Source: a virus
Virus record (IMG/VR): IMGVR_UViG_3300002835_000015
Span: 94,799-158,798 of that record
DNA: 64,000 nt
Strand: one strand, 5' to 3'
The notes beneath the pieces were generated by a model, which saw only the letters and a program-made list of their open reading frames with translations, did no database searches and was not told the DNA's origin. Made by a program: the position numbers and the translations under genes. Positions 43,415 to 53,152 of this stretch are shown piece after piece. Positions within the stretch are counted from its first letter, which is position 1, and every line of letters starts with the position of its first letter.

Positions 43415-43485
43415 CAAAGGCGGGTGGAATTGCACCACCATCTACGGTTTTGGAGACCGTCGTTCTACTATTGAACTACGCCAAT
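43415..43485 (-). tRNA. tRNA-Trp(CCA), acceptor stem with two T-T mismatches
   Basis: ACGGT-CT-CCA-AA-ACCGT; T loop TGCAATT. Confidence 0.75.
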
Positions 43486-43488
43486 GTA

Positions 43489-43573
43489 CGGCTGGAACAA
43501 GATTCGAACTTGTGGAGGATTTCTCCTCGTCGGTTTAGTAAACCGGTGCATTAGACCGCTCTGCCATCCAGCC
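43489..43573 (-). tRNA. tRNA-Ser(ACT), second copy
   Basis: Long variable arm GAGGAGAAATCCTC, CGGT-TT-ACT-AA-ACCG, G73. Confidence 0.85.
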
Positions 43574-43576
43574 AAA

Positions 43577-43648
43577 CTGGCAAGACAAGATTCGAACTTG
43601 TAACCTAGCGGTTAACAGCCGCTTGCACTACCGTTGTGCTACTTGCCA
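43577..43648 (-). tRNA. tRNA-Asn(GTT)
   Basis: AGCGG-CT-GTT-AA-CCGCT. Confidence 0.9.
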
Positions 43649-43653
43649 ATCAA

Positions 43654-43726
43654 ATGCCCGAAGAGGAATCGAACCTCTAACCAGCTGATCCAAAGTCAGC
43701 CGCTCTACCAGTTAAGCTATCGGGCA
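43654..43726 (-). tRNA. tRNA-Gln(TTG)
   Basis: GCTGA-CT-TTG-GA-TCAGC. Confidence 0.9.
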
Positions 43727-43730
43727 ATAA

Positions 43731-43802
43731 AGCCGACAGAGGGAATCGAACCCCCGACAGGTTGTTTACAAAACAACTACTCTACCACTGAGTTACGTCG
43801 GC
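43731..43802 (-). tRNA. tRNA-Thr(TGT)
   Basis: GTTGT-TT-TGT-AA-ACAAC. Confidence 0.9.
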
Positions 43803-44009
43803 AATCATCCTATTATACTCAATAATCATGATCCTCGCAAGCCCTACGCTTTTGGGCCGAACGAGTACGCTGACGCTTGGGACGATTATCGAACACGGTA
43901 AACTTGTGTTCCTGATGTCCCTGACGCATCTCCCAAGGCATAACTTTCTTGATTTTGATTACGTTGTGGTTGCGTCGAGGACGCATATCGTCGTTGTTGT
44001 GGAGGGTAA

Positions 44010-44633
44010 TCATGTTTGTATTCTATCGGACTTGTTGTTGTTTGTCAAGCCGTACTCACTAGCCCATTTAAAAATCGTAGTACGAGATACTTTAAGTTTT
44101 TTTGTCAGTTCTATATAAGTATAATCTTTTAATAGATTTTGTAAATATACTTTAGTTGGTTTGTTTAGTATTTTACTTTTTGCAAAACATTTGGGTGAAC
44201 AATATAGTTTGTTCTTCGTCTTATTTTCGCACACTGCACATTTTATAGTCTTGCGATATTTTTTTGGCTCATATTTAAACTCATTTTTGGATTCCACATG
44301 AGTTTCTCTATGACAGTTAGCACACAGAAGATCGCATTTATCTACTTCTTTTTTTAAGATATCTTTAGAATATTTTGTCATATTCATGCCACATATATCA
44401 AACAGTTTTTGAGATGGATCTTTATGATGAAACTCTAAAACTTCTGAATATTTAGCATACCCACATTTACAACATTTTCCTCCAGCATAGTCTATAAGTT
44501 CTTTTCTTATTCTAATACGACGATATTTAGTGGCCTCGCCAGAACATTTTAAACAACGATAGTATTTTCTATCATTAATAAGACTATGTTTTACAAAACC
44601 ATGTTTTTTACATTCTTTTATTTGATGTTTCAT
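44010..44633 (-). CDS. HNH endonuclease with C-terminal HTH
   Basis: CCKCGY...LEFHH...KCDLLCANCH; AAGGAG RBS before MKHQ. Confidence 0.85.
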   Translation of the reverse strand: MKHQIKECKKHGFVKHSLINDRKYYRCLKCSGEATKYRRIRIRKELIDYAGGKCCKCGYAKYSEVLEFHHKDPSQKLFDICGMNMTKYSKDILKKEVDKCDLLCANCHRETHVESKNEFKYEPKKYRKTIKCAVCENKTKNKLYCSPKCFAKSKILNKPTKVYLQNLLKDYTYIELTKKLKVSRTTIFKWASEYGLTNNNKSDRIQT

Positions 44634-45577
44634 GCTGTATCTCCTTCGGATACATAGATATACACCAAATGTCATCTTTTTGATGATACTGTACTATATT
44701 TTCTTTGTTCTGGCGGAAAATCGTACCATTGACCATTTTCATGTTGATAAAAAACTTTGTTTACGTTAGGATCATACGCCATTAAACAGTATTGTACCGG
44801 ATAAACTACCTTTGTCAACTCTTTTTGTTGAGTCAACTCTGGGATTTTTATATTCCCACTTTGATAATCTTTTACACCATTATAGGCCAACCCTAACAGG
44901 GCAATAAGCACACCAACCCATTGTAGCATTGTTCCGTTCCTTGTCAAGACCCGCTTCTCATCCATAGAGTATTTATCGGTCAAAAGGCCCGACCAACTTT
45001 AGAAAATCCTAAACCCTTACTCTGCAACACTTTACGACAAATCGCCGCGGCCCGCCTTGATGCAAAGTCTTATGCACCAAGGACTTATGGCTATTCAATC
45101 ATCATCCCGTGAAAGTTCCCACCCTGCGGCCCTAACTATACTTTTTGTAGCGATTACATTAGTTTTAGGAGTAGCACTAATATAATCTCTATATCCCTGT
45201 TCATCCACATAAAAGTGCTCGTCGATAGTATCGAACTTATTTGTTAGCAACAAACCACAAATAGCCGCTTCTAGAGCATTAGGTTGAGACAGAATAACTT
45301 CTAGTGTGCCGCTCTTTACATAGTATTTAGCCATGATCAACTCCCTAAAGAAATAACTACGGTATTATCATACTCACCAAAGTCTAAATCAACGATGAAG
45401 TCATTATCATCCAGAATAGACTCTAGTGTTTCTTGGCTAATCAAAGTGTCAGTATTAGTACCAAAACTAACGTCACTATTACAAATAGCATCCATTACAT
45501 CGCTATAGTTCAACTTATTATGTTCGCAGACTTCTCGTAGGTCGAGATATGTCCAAGCATAACTTTTCATATTATCC

Positions 45578-46285
45578 TCAGTGTGATGGAAACAACACGT
45601 TAGCCAAACCCTTGACGCACAAGTTACAGTCTACACTACCCTCGGTCGGTGTGCAAGTCACAACGCCACGACCACGACGGATTTCGGGGCAAGTGATAAA
45701 CTTTGTATCATTCAGCACAACCAGTTTAGGTAGACTCTTACGCCACACTTCCGCCGCTGCTTTACGCTTAGGACGTTTCTTGGCAATCTTTTCGTCGCTA
45801 TCGCACCACGCGAACAGTTTGAAACCTTGAGCCTTTGCCTCATTCATATCATTATCATTATGAACACTGGCATATACATTCATATACTTTTCCATAGCCA
45901 CAAGCCGACTATCATAGATATGAGTATAAAACCACATATCGGGCAGACTAGTACCATCGGCAAGAATACTCTCACAAGCCCACGTTACATTAGCAACATA
46001 GTCAAGGTCGAGTTGACCATCCTTGAACCAATCACCACGCTCATGCCAACGAATAGACTTCTCTTTACGAATCGCTTCCAGAATCATCGCTCTAATACGA
46101 TTCTTCTCGGTGATAAGATTTTGCATACCGGCAGGACGAACATTAGGATACATCTTCTCGGTTTGCTCAGCATAGCAACCGTCGCCCAAATAAACACAAG
46201 TAGGGGGACAAGTATCGCCAACGGGCCGACTCACGACCAAACAACCCTTGCCCAACTTATCGTTACCGTTTGCAACTTTCATCAT
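45578..46285 (-). CDS. Phage gp88-like Cys-containing protein
   Basis: GNDKLG, TCPPTC...CYA, IRWHERGD, WFYTH, TCPE. Confidence 0.6.
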   Translation of the reverse strand: MMKVANGNDKLGKGCLVVSRPVGDTCPPTCVYLGDGCYAEQTEKMYPNVRPAGMQNLITEKNRIRAMILEAIRKEKSIRWHERGDWFKDGQLDLDYVANVTWACESILADGTSLPDMWFYTHIYDSRLVAMEKYMNVYASVHNDNDMNEAKAQGFKLFAWCDSDEKIAKKRPKRKAAAEVWRKSLPKLVVLNDTKFITCPEIRRGRGVVTCTPTEGSVDCNLCVKGLANVLFPSH

Positions 46286-46452
46286 GTTTCTCCTATGCTA
46301 ACGATTCTATACTACAGTATCGTCATTGTCAAGAGAAAACTTTATAGGTTGTTGCAGAAAACGAAACAACTTGTAAGTGCTTGTGCTACAAGAGTTTACG
46401 TCGATCCCTGCGGCCCCGATTTGACGCAAAGTCTTATGATACAAGGATTTAG

Positions 46453-46526
46453 CGAGAATGACGGGACTCGAACCCGCAACCTCTAGCGTGACAGGCTAGC
46501 GATCTAACCGATTGATCTACATTCCC
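46453..46526 (-). tRNA. tRNA-Asp(GTC)
   Basis: CTAGC-CT-GTC-AC-GCTAG. Confidence 0.92.
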
Positions 46527-46529
46527 AAA

Positions 46530-46601
46530 TAGCCCCAAGAGGAATCGAACCTCTAACTAGACTTTAGAAGAGTCCTGTTATCTCCATTTAACTATGGGGC
46601 C
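46530..46601 (-). tRNA. tRNA-Arg(TCT)
   Basis: GGACT-CT-TCT-AA-AGTCT. Confidence 0.9.
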
Positions 46602-47223
46602 GTGTATCTATTATATCGTACTCATTCAATGCCGCAAGCCCCCACGGTTTCCCGTGGAGGCTGAAGCGGTTTGATGATAGAATCAGTCGATCAAGCCTCG
46701 ACCGTTTCCTTTTCGGTCTTAGACTTCTTAGGATTCGCAGAGTCGCCCGCAGCCTCGGCAGTCACACCAGTAACACGGGCACGCCACACCTTATAACCCT
46801 GCTCAGAAAAACTCTTGACCTCGCCAGCCTTGACATTCGCATGAACATCACCGGGCAGGGCATCATTCAGGGCAGCGGTCAGACTCTCCACAACCGAATC
46901 ACGATCCAGTTCGCTGGCAACAATATCAACATTGAAAGTAAACTTTTGCATAGTAATCTTCTCCAAAAAGTGTAATCGAACCAAGTAAAGTAATCATACC
47001 CAAACCATCATCACTTGTCAAGGTCTGATCCGAACTTTTCTTGTTTCGTGATCGGTCAGAGTCTTGTCGTGTGATGCTATCAGTATACCTTAGTTATCGG
47101 CACTGTCAACCCCTTTCCATTAGTATTTTTCACGATTGTTCCTAAGTCGTTATACGATAAGAGTTTACGTTGAACCGCCGCGGCCGTCCTCGCCGCAAAG
47201 TCTTATGCGGCAAGGCTTTAGGC

Positions 47224-47607
47224 TCAGGAGAGAAAACCCTCACAACCCTTGTCAACAAGGTCACGCAGCAGATTCTCAGCCGCTTCGGGAGTACTGAGAG
47301 TGACGCTGTTCTTTGTGCCTGGAGTTGCAGGAACGAAAGTATCGTACTTCCAGCCACCAACCAGAACATCGCTCCAATCCTTGGCTTCCTTCAAACCCCA
47401 TCCGGTGTGAGTTCGGATAGCCTTGATGCAGTAGATACGATTATCCAGAGTCATACCGCCAGTGATAGTAACGGTCTTGTTCCGATTCACCTTAAGAGCA
47501 TCCTCAAAGGCGATGGAGATCTTGTCGTAGATCGTATCATAGGATTCAATCTTAGAAAGAATCCACAGAGCCTCACGAACAGTCAGAGACACACTAATCA
47601 TATTCAA
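47224..47607 (-). CDS. Protein with ribosomal L7/L12 C-terminal-like domain
   Basis: RIYCIKAIRTHTGWGLKEAKDW matches the L7/L12 KI.VIK.VR..TGLGLKEAK motif. Confidence 0.7.
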   Translation of the reverse strand: MNMISVSLTVREALWILSKIESYDTIYDKISIAFEDALKVNRNKTVTITGGMTLDNRIYCIKAIRTHTGWGLKEAKDWSDVLVGGWKYDTFVPATPGTKNSVTLSTPEAAENLLRDLVDKGCEGFLS

Positions 47608-48053
47608 ACCCTTTCTTCCAAAATGTATACTTGTTTGCCGTTAGTTAGTAAAGTGGCGTATTCGGTATTGTCCCAAATAAACTCATTGCTATCGCTTTCT
47701 CGTCGCCAGTGCGGATCTCTCAATGGATTGTAGTATAACTTCTCAAGATTGTCAATAGGTAGAGCAGGATGAAAATCCTTCCTCAACATAACTTCTTCAC
47801 ACCGTACCCACCCACTAACATCATGCACACCAGCCTCAAATACCTGTTTAGCCTTATTTGGCCTATTCCACAGGATACAACTCCTCATTTCCAACTGGTA
47901 TTCTTTGGGGTCATAATAATACACATCAACAGTTTCTCCACCCTGCTTAACTTTAACTTGCCAAAACATATAGTGAGGCCCGTTACTCAGGTGGAATCGC
48001 ACTTCGCCATGTAGTGGTTTCTGTTTCATGTTTATAGTATACCTTATCGGCAA
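47604..48053 (-). CDS. Hypothetical protein
   Basis: ORF track. Confidence 0.55.
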   Translation of the reverse strand: MPIRYTINMKQKPLHGEVRFHLSNGPHYMFWQVKVKQGGETVDVYYYDPKEYQLEMRSCILWNRPNKAKQVFEAGVHDVSGWVRCEEVMLRKDFHPALPIDNLEKLYYNPLRDPHWRRESDSNEFIWDNTEYATLLTNGKQVYILEERV

Positions 48054-50110
48054 TCGTTTGTCAAGAACCTAAAACTTTTCTGTGAAATCCGAAGAAATAC
48101 CCATTTGTTCTTGAACATCTCCGTCTGTCAGAGTATCACTATCCATCATAAAATCCAGATCATCAAAAAATATCTCAATATCCGGATTGTCGCACATTAA
48201 ACTAGCAAAGTTAAAAATCATAAAATAGGCTGTTGCCTGAACCCAAGAAGCACACAAACCAGAATGAAGTTCAATAGTATCCCTATTGTTATAAACGTAC
48301 TCAATACAAGACTGTTTTGTATTATCACTCATGTTATTCCATACAGGAATATCAAACTTATTAAGTTCATAAGATAACTCACCCTTAGATTGTGTCATCC
48401 AATCATTACGATAAGCATCATACGTTTCCTCAATCATGCCAATAGCAATCTTTCGACTTTGCATAAAATCTCCTTTTCGGGCATTGTACCTTATCGACCA
48501 AACCTTGTCAATACCTTAAAAAATGTACCTATACTGGTCTAACGTCCAGTGGTGTTTTAGACTTCCACCGCTTATAAAGTACACATATTCTCGCTGACTA
48601 CAGCCACCCCAGCCAAATCCGTAGGATTAGGAAAAACAATGTCGGCTTCCGCCATACTCGACCAACATTTCAGATAGCCTCTTTTGATATCATTGTGGCT
48701 ATCCCCGTCCATTGTTTCCCTAAGTATATCTCTATTATCGGGCGTTGTCAAGAGTTTTCTTTAAAAAATCCTAAATGGTTGAACCATAAGACTTTACGTC
48801 AAGTCTCTGTCGCCCCCCTTATCCTAAACTCTTGCGAGTAAAGGACTTAGGAGTTCTTATAAACTAGATCAACATACTTATCGACCAGTTCACTTACCGA
48901 TATCTCATGTAATCCAATCAACTCTTTAGCCTTGTCTACATTATGCTTATTTACAGCGGCCATTCTATTCTTGAAAAAACTAAGAATATAAATCATAGCC
49001 TTTGTACGATCTTCATTCATGATGGATAATCCTTTGGGTAATCGTTTTCTGGTCGTTTTGGTTTTGGCTGTCCCTCATATGGCATCCACCACGGAGCATC
49101 CATACGATCTACTATACCGGGACTTTCTTCACAAATCAAGATATGTTCACTTACCGGATCATCCTTATGAATCTCATACCTTCCCTGCCACACCCCAATA
49201 TACTCGCCAAAGTAATAAACCTTTTGGCCGTTGATGGGGCGACGAGGACCAAAAAAACTAATCCATTCCATTACTCACCCCCATAACTACGATATATCTC
49301 GTAGCATTTTTCGATAGTCTCATCAGACTCATCATCATTTTTTACAGAGATACCATTCTCATACTTATGAAACAGTTCGCTAAAAAGTCCGTAAAGTTTT
49401 CTTTCCTGTTGTCTACACTTTTCAATATTCATTATTTTCCCCTCGTAATAATCAAACACATTGTACCAGTATCACTATCGGTATATCTCACAGTCTCATG
49501 AGGCCCGTAATACCAAGCATCATTCTTGGAGAAGTTGAATACAACCTCATCGGTCTTGAGTTGAGTATCATTATACCCACCCTCATACCCAAGAGTCAAT
49601 ACCCTCATATCACCGGGATAACCCTTCAACTGCTCAATCAGTTCATTAACGGTCATTCTTCATTCTCCGGAGGAAACATATTGTTCCAAGATTCATCATC
49701 GTTACCGCTCAACAGAATCTCACGCTGTTCAGCATTAAGATGAGGAAAGCACTGTTGAAGATAACCACCATTAAGCCACTCGTTAGCAGCACTCAGTTTA
49801 ACAGTGATACTAAACGGCTTAGCACTCATGGTGTAACCTGAAAAAGTAAGATTCTCACCATCAACCGTTCGGGTCACCTTATCACTCAGACAATACCGCT
49901 CAAAGCCAATCATAGTTTTTCTCCTTGTGCTACCATTCTACACTAGTATTATCGGCTTGTCAATAGGCTTTTCTTTAGCAATCCTAAGTTGTTGGTGGGT
50001 AAGACTTTACGACGAATGTGGCCGCGTCAGTTTGTCCTAAACTCTTAGAGGATAAGCATTTAGAGCGAACCCCTTTTGAATATGGTATACCGGCTGTTAA
50101 TGGATCGACT

Positions 50111-50188
50111 TAGTGGATAGATGGATTCGAACCATCAACTCCTCTTGTATTTAAACAAGTGGAACTCTACCTTTGAGTTATACCCACC
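50111..50188 (-). tRNA. tRNA-like RNA with extended (22-nt) anticodon arm
   Basis: Canonical acceptor, D (ACTC-AAAGGTA-GAGT) and T (GATGG-TTCGAAT-CCATC) arms; anticodon arm CCACTTGT-TTAAAT-ACAAGAGG. Confidence 0.65.
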
Positions 50189-50199
50189 GATAGTTTTAC

Positions 50200-50445
50200 A
50201 AATAGTGTCCGGTATCACGCACTATTCAACCCTAACGGCTCTCGCAGTCTTAGGTTTCTATCCGACCCCTGTTTGTTACCAGCGAACCTTTTACGCCCCG
50301 ATTCTTACCCTCACCAGTATGGAGCGACCATACCGATTTGGAACCGCCCACGCTCACTTTCGTCCAGTTGCGAACTGGCTCAGGCAAGAGGCGACGGCTA
50401 CTGGTTGTATTGCTCGTGGTGAGGATGCCATCCCTCATAGATTGG
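50200..50445 (-). ncRNA. Candidate ~245-nt multi-helix ncRNA
   Basis: Promoter TTGACA-N16-TATAGT at 50450-50477; at least five complementary helices (see findings). Confidence 0.5.
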
Positions 50446-50935
50446 TATCACTATACAGTATATAACCCTACTGTCAACCCCGGCGATGATTACGTCTTCG
50501 CTGAACGGGAGGTTTATCGTGATAGGTTATCCAATCTAGTCCCGTCGCATGGACCCACGGATGTTTGTTAGATTTTTTGCCTTCGTCGTATTTCGTCAGA
50601 GCAATAGCAGATTTCATCAGCATAGTAGCCATAGTTCGGCTGGTCAGGCCATGCTTTCAAAACTTCCCTACAATCTTTAATCGTAAAAAGAAGTTCAGAA
50701 TAAGTCATCTTCTTAACCTTTTTAGCGTAAGCCGCATGATCCATAAACTTAGTGGCAAACATCTTTGTCTCCTGTGTCATGATTATACACTCCTATTATC
50801 GGTCTGTCAAGAGCATATTCTGTAGAAAAAACTTTTTGATGCAAGTCTATAGGAGATAAGAGTTTACGTCGAATCCGGCCGCGGCGGTTTGCCCTAAACT
50901 CTTGGTAGTCAAGAACTTAGAGCGAACCAGCCTTT

Positions 50936-51439
50936 TTAGGCTTCTACCTCATCATCAGAGAAAAACTCTGCCAGATTATAATCTTCCCATACCTGAACAG
51001 GAATCAACCCCTTATCATCCCCATATTCAGTATACAAATCATCTCCATCCTTCCAAATGCCACAATAACCCATACCCGGTTCAAAATAGGACGCAATCAC
51101 CCTAAAACCCCTCAATACCAGTTCCTCATACAGTCCAATAGGCGGCGACCACGCACTATCAAAACTCATAGTGGCCTCATTATCCACAATGGTAGGATTC
51201 AATCCATGAACTTCTCCGTTATCACTACCAATATCCCATTTAGTTCCCCAGTTATTTACACACCAGTTATACCAATAATCAGGATTAGATTCGTCGGTAA
51301 TAAGTTCGCCCTGCTCATCTTTTGGTACGGGCAAATAATGTTCACAAGCCTTACCTTCCTTATAGGCAAGAACAAACTCCATAACCTTAGACCGATCCTC
51401 ATGGCTAATCGTCAACTTATTCAAACACCAGTTAGGCAT
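50936..51439 (-). CDS. DUF1281/YubB ferredoxin-like protein
   Basis: MPNWC, WYNWCVNNWGTKWD, FDSAWSPP, YFEPGMGYCG. Confidence 0.8.
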   Translation of the reverse strand: MPNWCLNKLTISHEDRSKVMEFVLAYKEGKACEHYLPVPKDEQGELITDESNPDYWYNWCVNNWGTKWDIGSDNGEVHGLNPTIVDNEATMSFDSAWSPPIGLYEELVLRGFRVIASYFEPGMGYCGIWKDGDDLYTEYGDDKGLIPVQVWEDYNLAEFFSDDEVEA

Positions 51440-51553
51440 AACTGTCTCCTTTAGTGCGATTCTACTCTTATCTTATCGGTTGTCAAGAGTCTAAACTTTT
51501 GGCTGACTATACCCACTCAGCCCAAATCCGTAGGATTACCTGATACAAGCCAA

Positions 51554-51625
51554 TGACCCCACGGAGAATCGAACTCCGATCTCCACCGTGAAAGGGTGGC
51601 GTACTAGCCGTTATACAATGGGGCC
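51554..51625 (-). tRNA. tRNA-Glu(TTC)
   Basis: CCACC-CT-TTC-AC-GGTGG. Confidence 0.92.
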
Positions 51626-52085
51626 AATATATTCACCAGACTACCTTCTCAATCCTGAGATCACTACCATACTTATCTTTAGCCTTTCTCCAAGCGTCAT
51701 ACTGGCTAAACGATACCACATAGCCCACAAATCGGCCATGTTGGAACACTCTCCACGACATTCCTGCGAGACATTGGGTTGTAGTCATAAACTTTCTCCT
51801 TAGTCGCATTATACACATTATCGACCAGTTGTCAATACCATCTTTAGTTTTTCTCTAAATCCTTATCCCATAAGACTTTATATCAAATCGGGCCGCCCAT
51901 CATTGTCCTAAACTCTTATTCACAAACACTTTAGGTCAACACAATATCATCCCCCGATACATAATACTGATCGTCAGCATGATTCAATACAAGATACATA
52001 GGAGGATTAGTTTTATCCGATACGTCAATAATAACAACATCCTCATCCTGCATAATATCATGAACAATATTGCCAATCTTATACA

Positions 52086-52553
52086 TCATACCCTCTTATA
52101 AACTGTAGTGATAATATCTTGATTATTCTTATAGAACGTCCGCACCTTCACAGACGATTTAATCTGATCTTTCGGATACTTCTGAATATATTCCCAAGCA
52201 TCCTTAATATGTTCGCTTGTCCAAATCCGGTCAACAAACTCACCAACCCGTACAGTAAACGCAATATCAACAGTTCCGTTCTTGCTAATCACCAGAAACA
52301 AGAACACAATATGCTTCTGTTCATCAGTTATATCATGATACTTACTAGGGTCAATCCATTGCAAGTCCTGTTGCTTTTTACATTCGACCAAACATCCCAA
52401 CAAATCATTGGAATAATCATACAGAATATGGCTATCTCTTTTCCAGCCACTATGCCGTGTGAGAATATCATGAAGCATCTGCTCTTTTCCTCCCCTACCT
52501 TTTAGGTTAATGGAAGAAATAGCCTCTACGTTGATACTGCTAATAGGACACAT
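52086..52553 (-). CDS. Possible PD-(D/E)xK nuclease-fold protein
   Basis: LYDY...LVECKKQ motif. Confidence 0.35.
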   Translation of the reverse strand: MCPISSINVEAISSINLKGRGGKEQMLHDILTRHSGWKRDSHILYDYSNDLLGCLVECKKQQDLQWIDPSKYHDITDEQKHIVFLFLVISKNGTVDIAFTVRVGEFVDRIWTSEHIKDAWEYIQKYPKDQIKSSVKVRTFYKNNQDIITTVYKRV

Positions 52554-52744
52554 GATTTCACCAAGTGTGATTGGTTAGCAGTCGCCAATATACTGTCAGT
52601 ATCGGGTTTTGTCAATAGAATGCTTGAGATTTTTCTAAGTCTATGGCAGATAAGACTTTACGTCAATCCCATGCGGAGTGCCTCGCCCTAAACTCTTGGC
52701 TTGCAAGAACTTAGAGCGAGGTCACTTCACCACCACGAGAAATA

Positions 52745-53152
52745 TCAGAAGAGAAGGTTTGCCAAACCCGTCTTGAATGCTGCACCAGCCAACAGCGGCC
52801 TACGGCAGTTCACGGTACGTTCAGCGTAGAAGTTGCGAATCTTACCGTCCGCAGTCTGGCACGTTACCAGATGATTGCTACGCTGAAAGTTGCTATCGTT
52901 GCGACGATATGCACTACGAGCATTCAGCCTGCGAATAGCATTATCGTCCAGCACATGAACACTCAGCACCTTTGCCAGATAACGCTCAGGGTCACCAGCA
53001 TTAGGCTGGAGATATTCAAAGTTATAGAACTCTCCGGCCTTTGCCGTTGACAGCGACCCATGAGCACCACCATAGATGCCATAAGCAGCAAACATAGCAA
53101 GGCAGCAAACAACAACCGTAGCAATCGAACCAAAAAGAAGAACATCGTTCAT
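52745..53152 (-). CDS. Membrane-anchored hypothetical protein
   Basis: Start at MNDVLL downstream of promoter 53199-53226; N-terminal TM. Confidence 0.6.
   Translation of the reverse strand: MNDVLLFGSIATVVVCCLAMFAAYGIYGGAHGSLSTAKAGEFYNFEYLQPNAGDPERYLAKVLSVHVLDDNAIRRLNARSAYRRNDSNFQRSNHLVTCQTADGKIRNFYAERTVNCRRPLLAGAAFKTGLANLLF

Larger units (their letters stand above)
38121..51547. repeat. Repeat family B (CTGACTR-N13-CAAATCCG-N4-ATTAGG-TGAGAC), 8 dispersed copies
   Basis: Copies start at 38121, 38233, 38473, 38555 (degenerate), 40546, 43179, 48594, 51503; CTGACT-to-CAAATC distance is 20 bp in each non-degenerate copy. Confidence 0.75.

Noticed and set aside
50111-50188. Ochre suppressor tRNA / stop-codon recoding
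   Set aside because: The loop is not a 7-nt anticodon loop, and well-identified genes end normally in TAA, TAG and TGA with no fragmentation
50355-50385. Hammerhead ribozyme core (minus CTGAG-stem-ACGAAA)
   Set aside because: Lacks the required CUGANGA spacing and recognisable stems I/III
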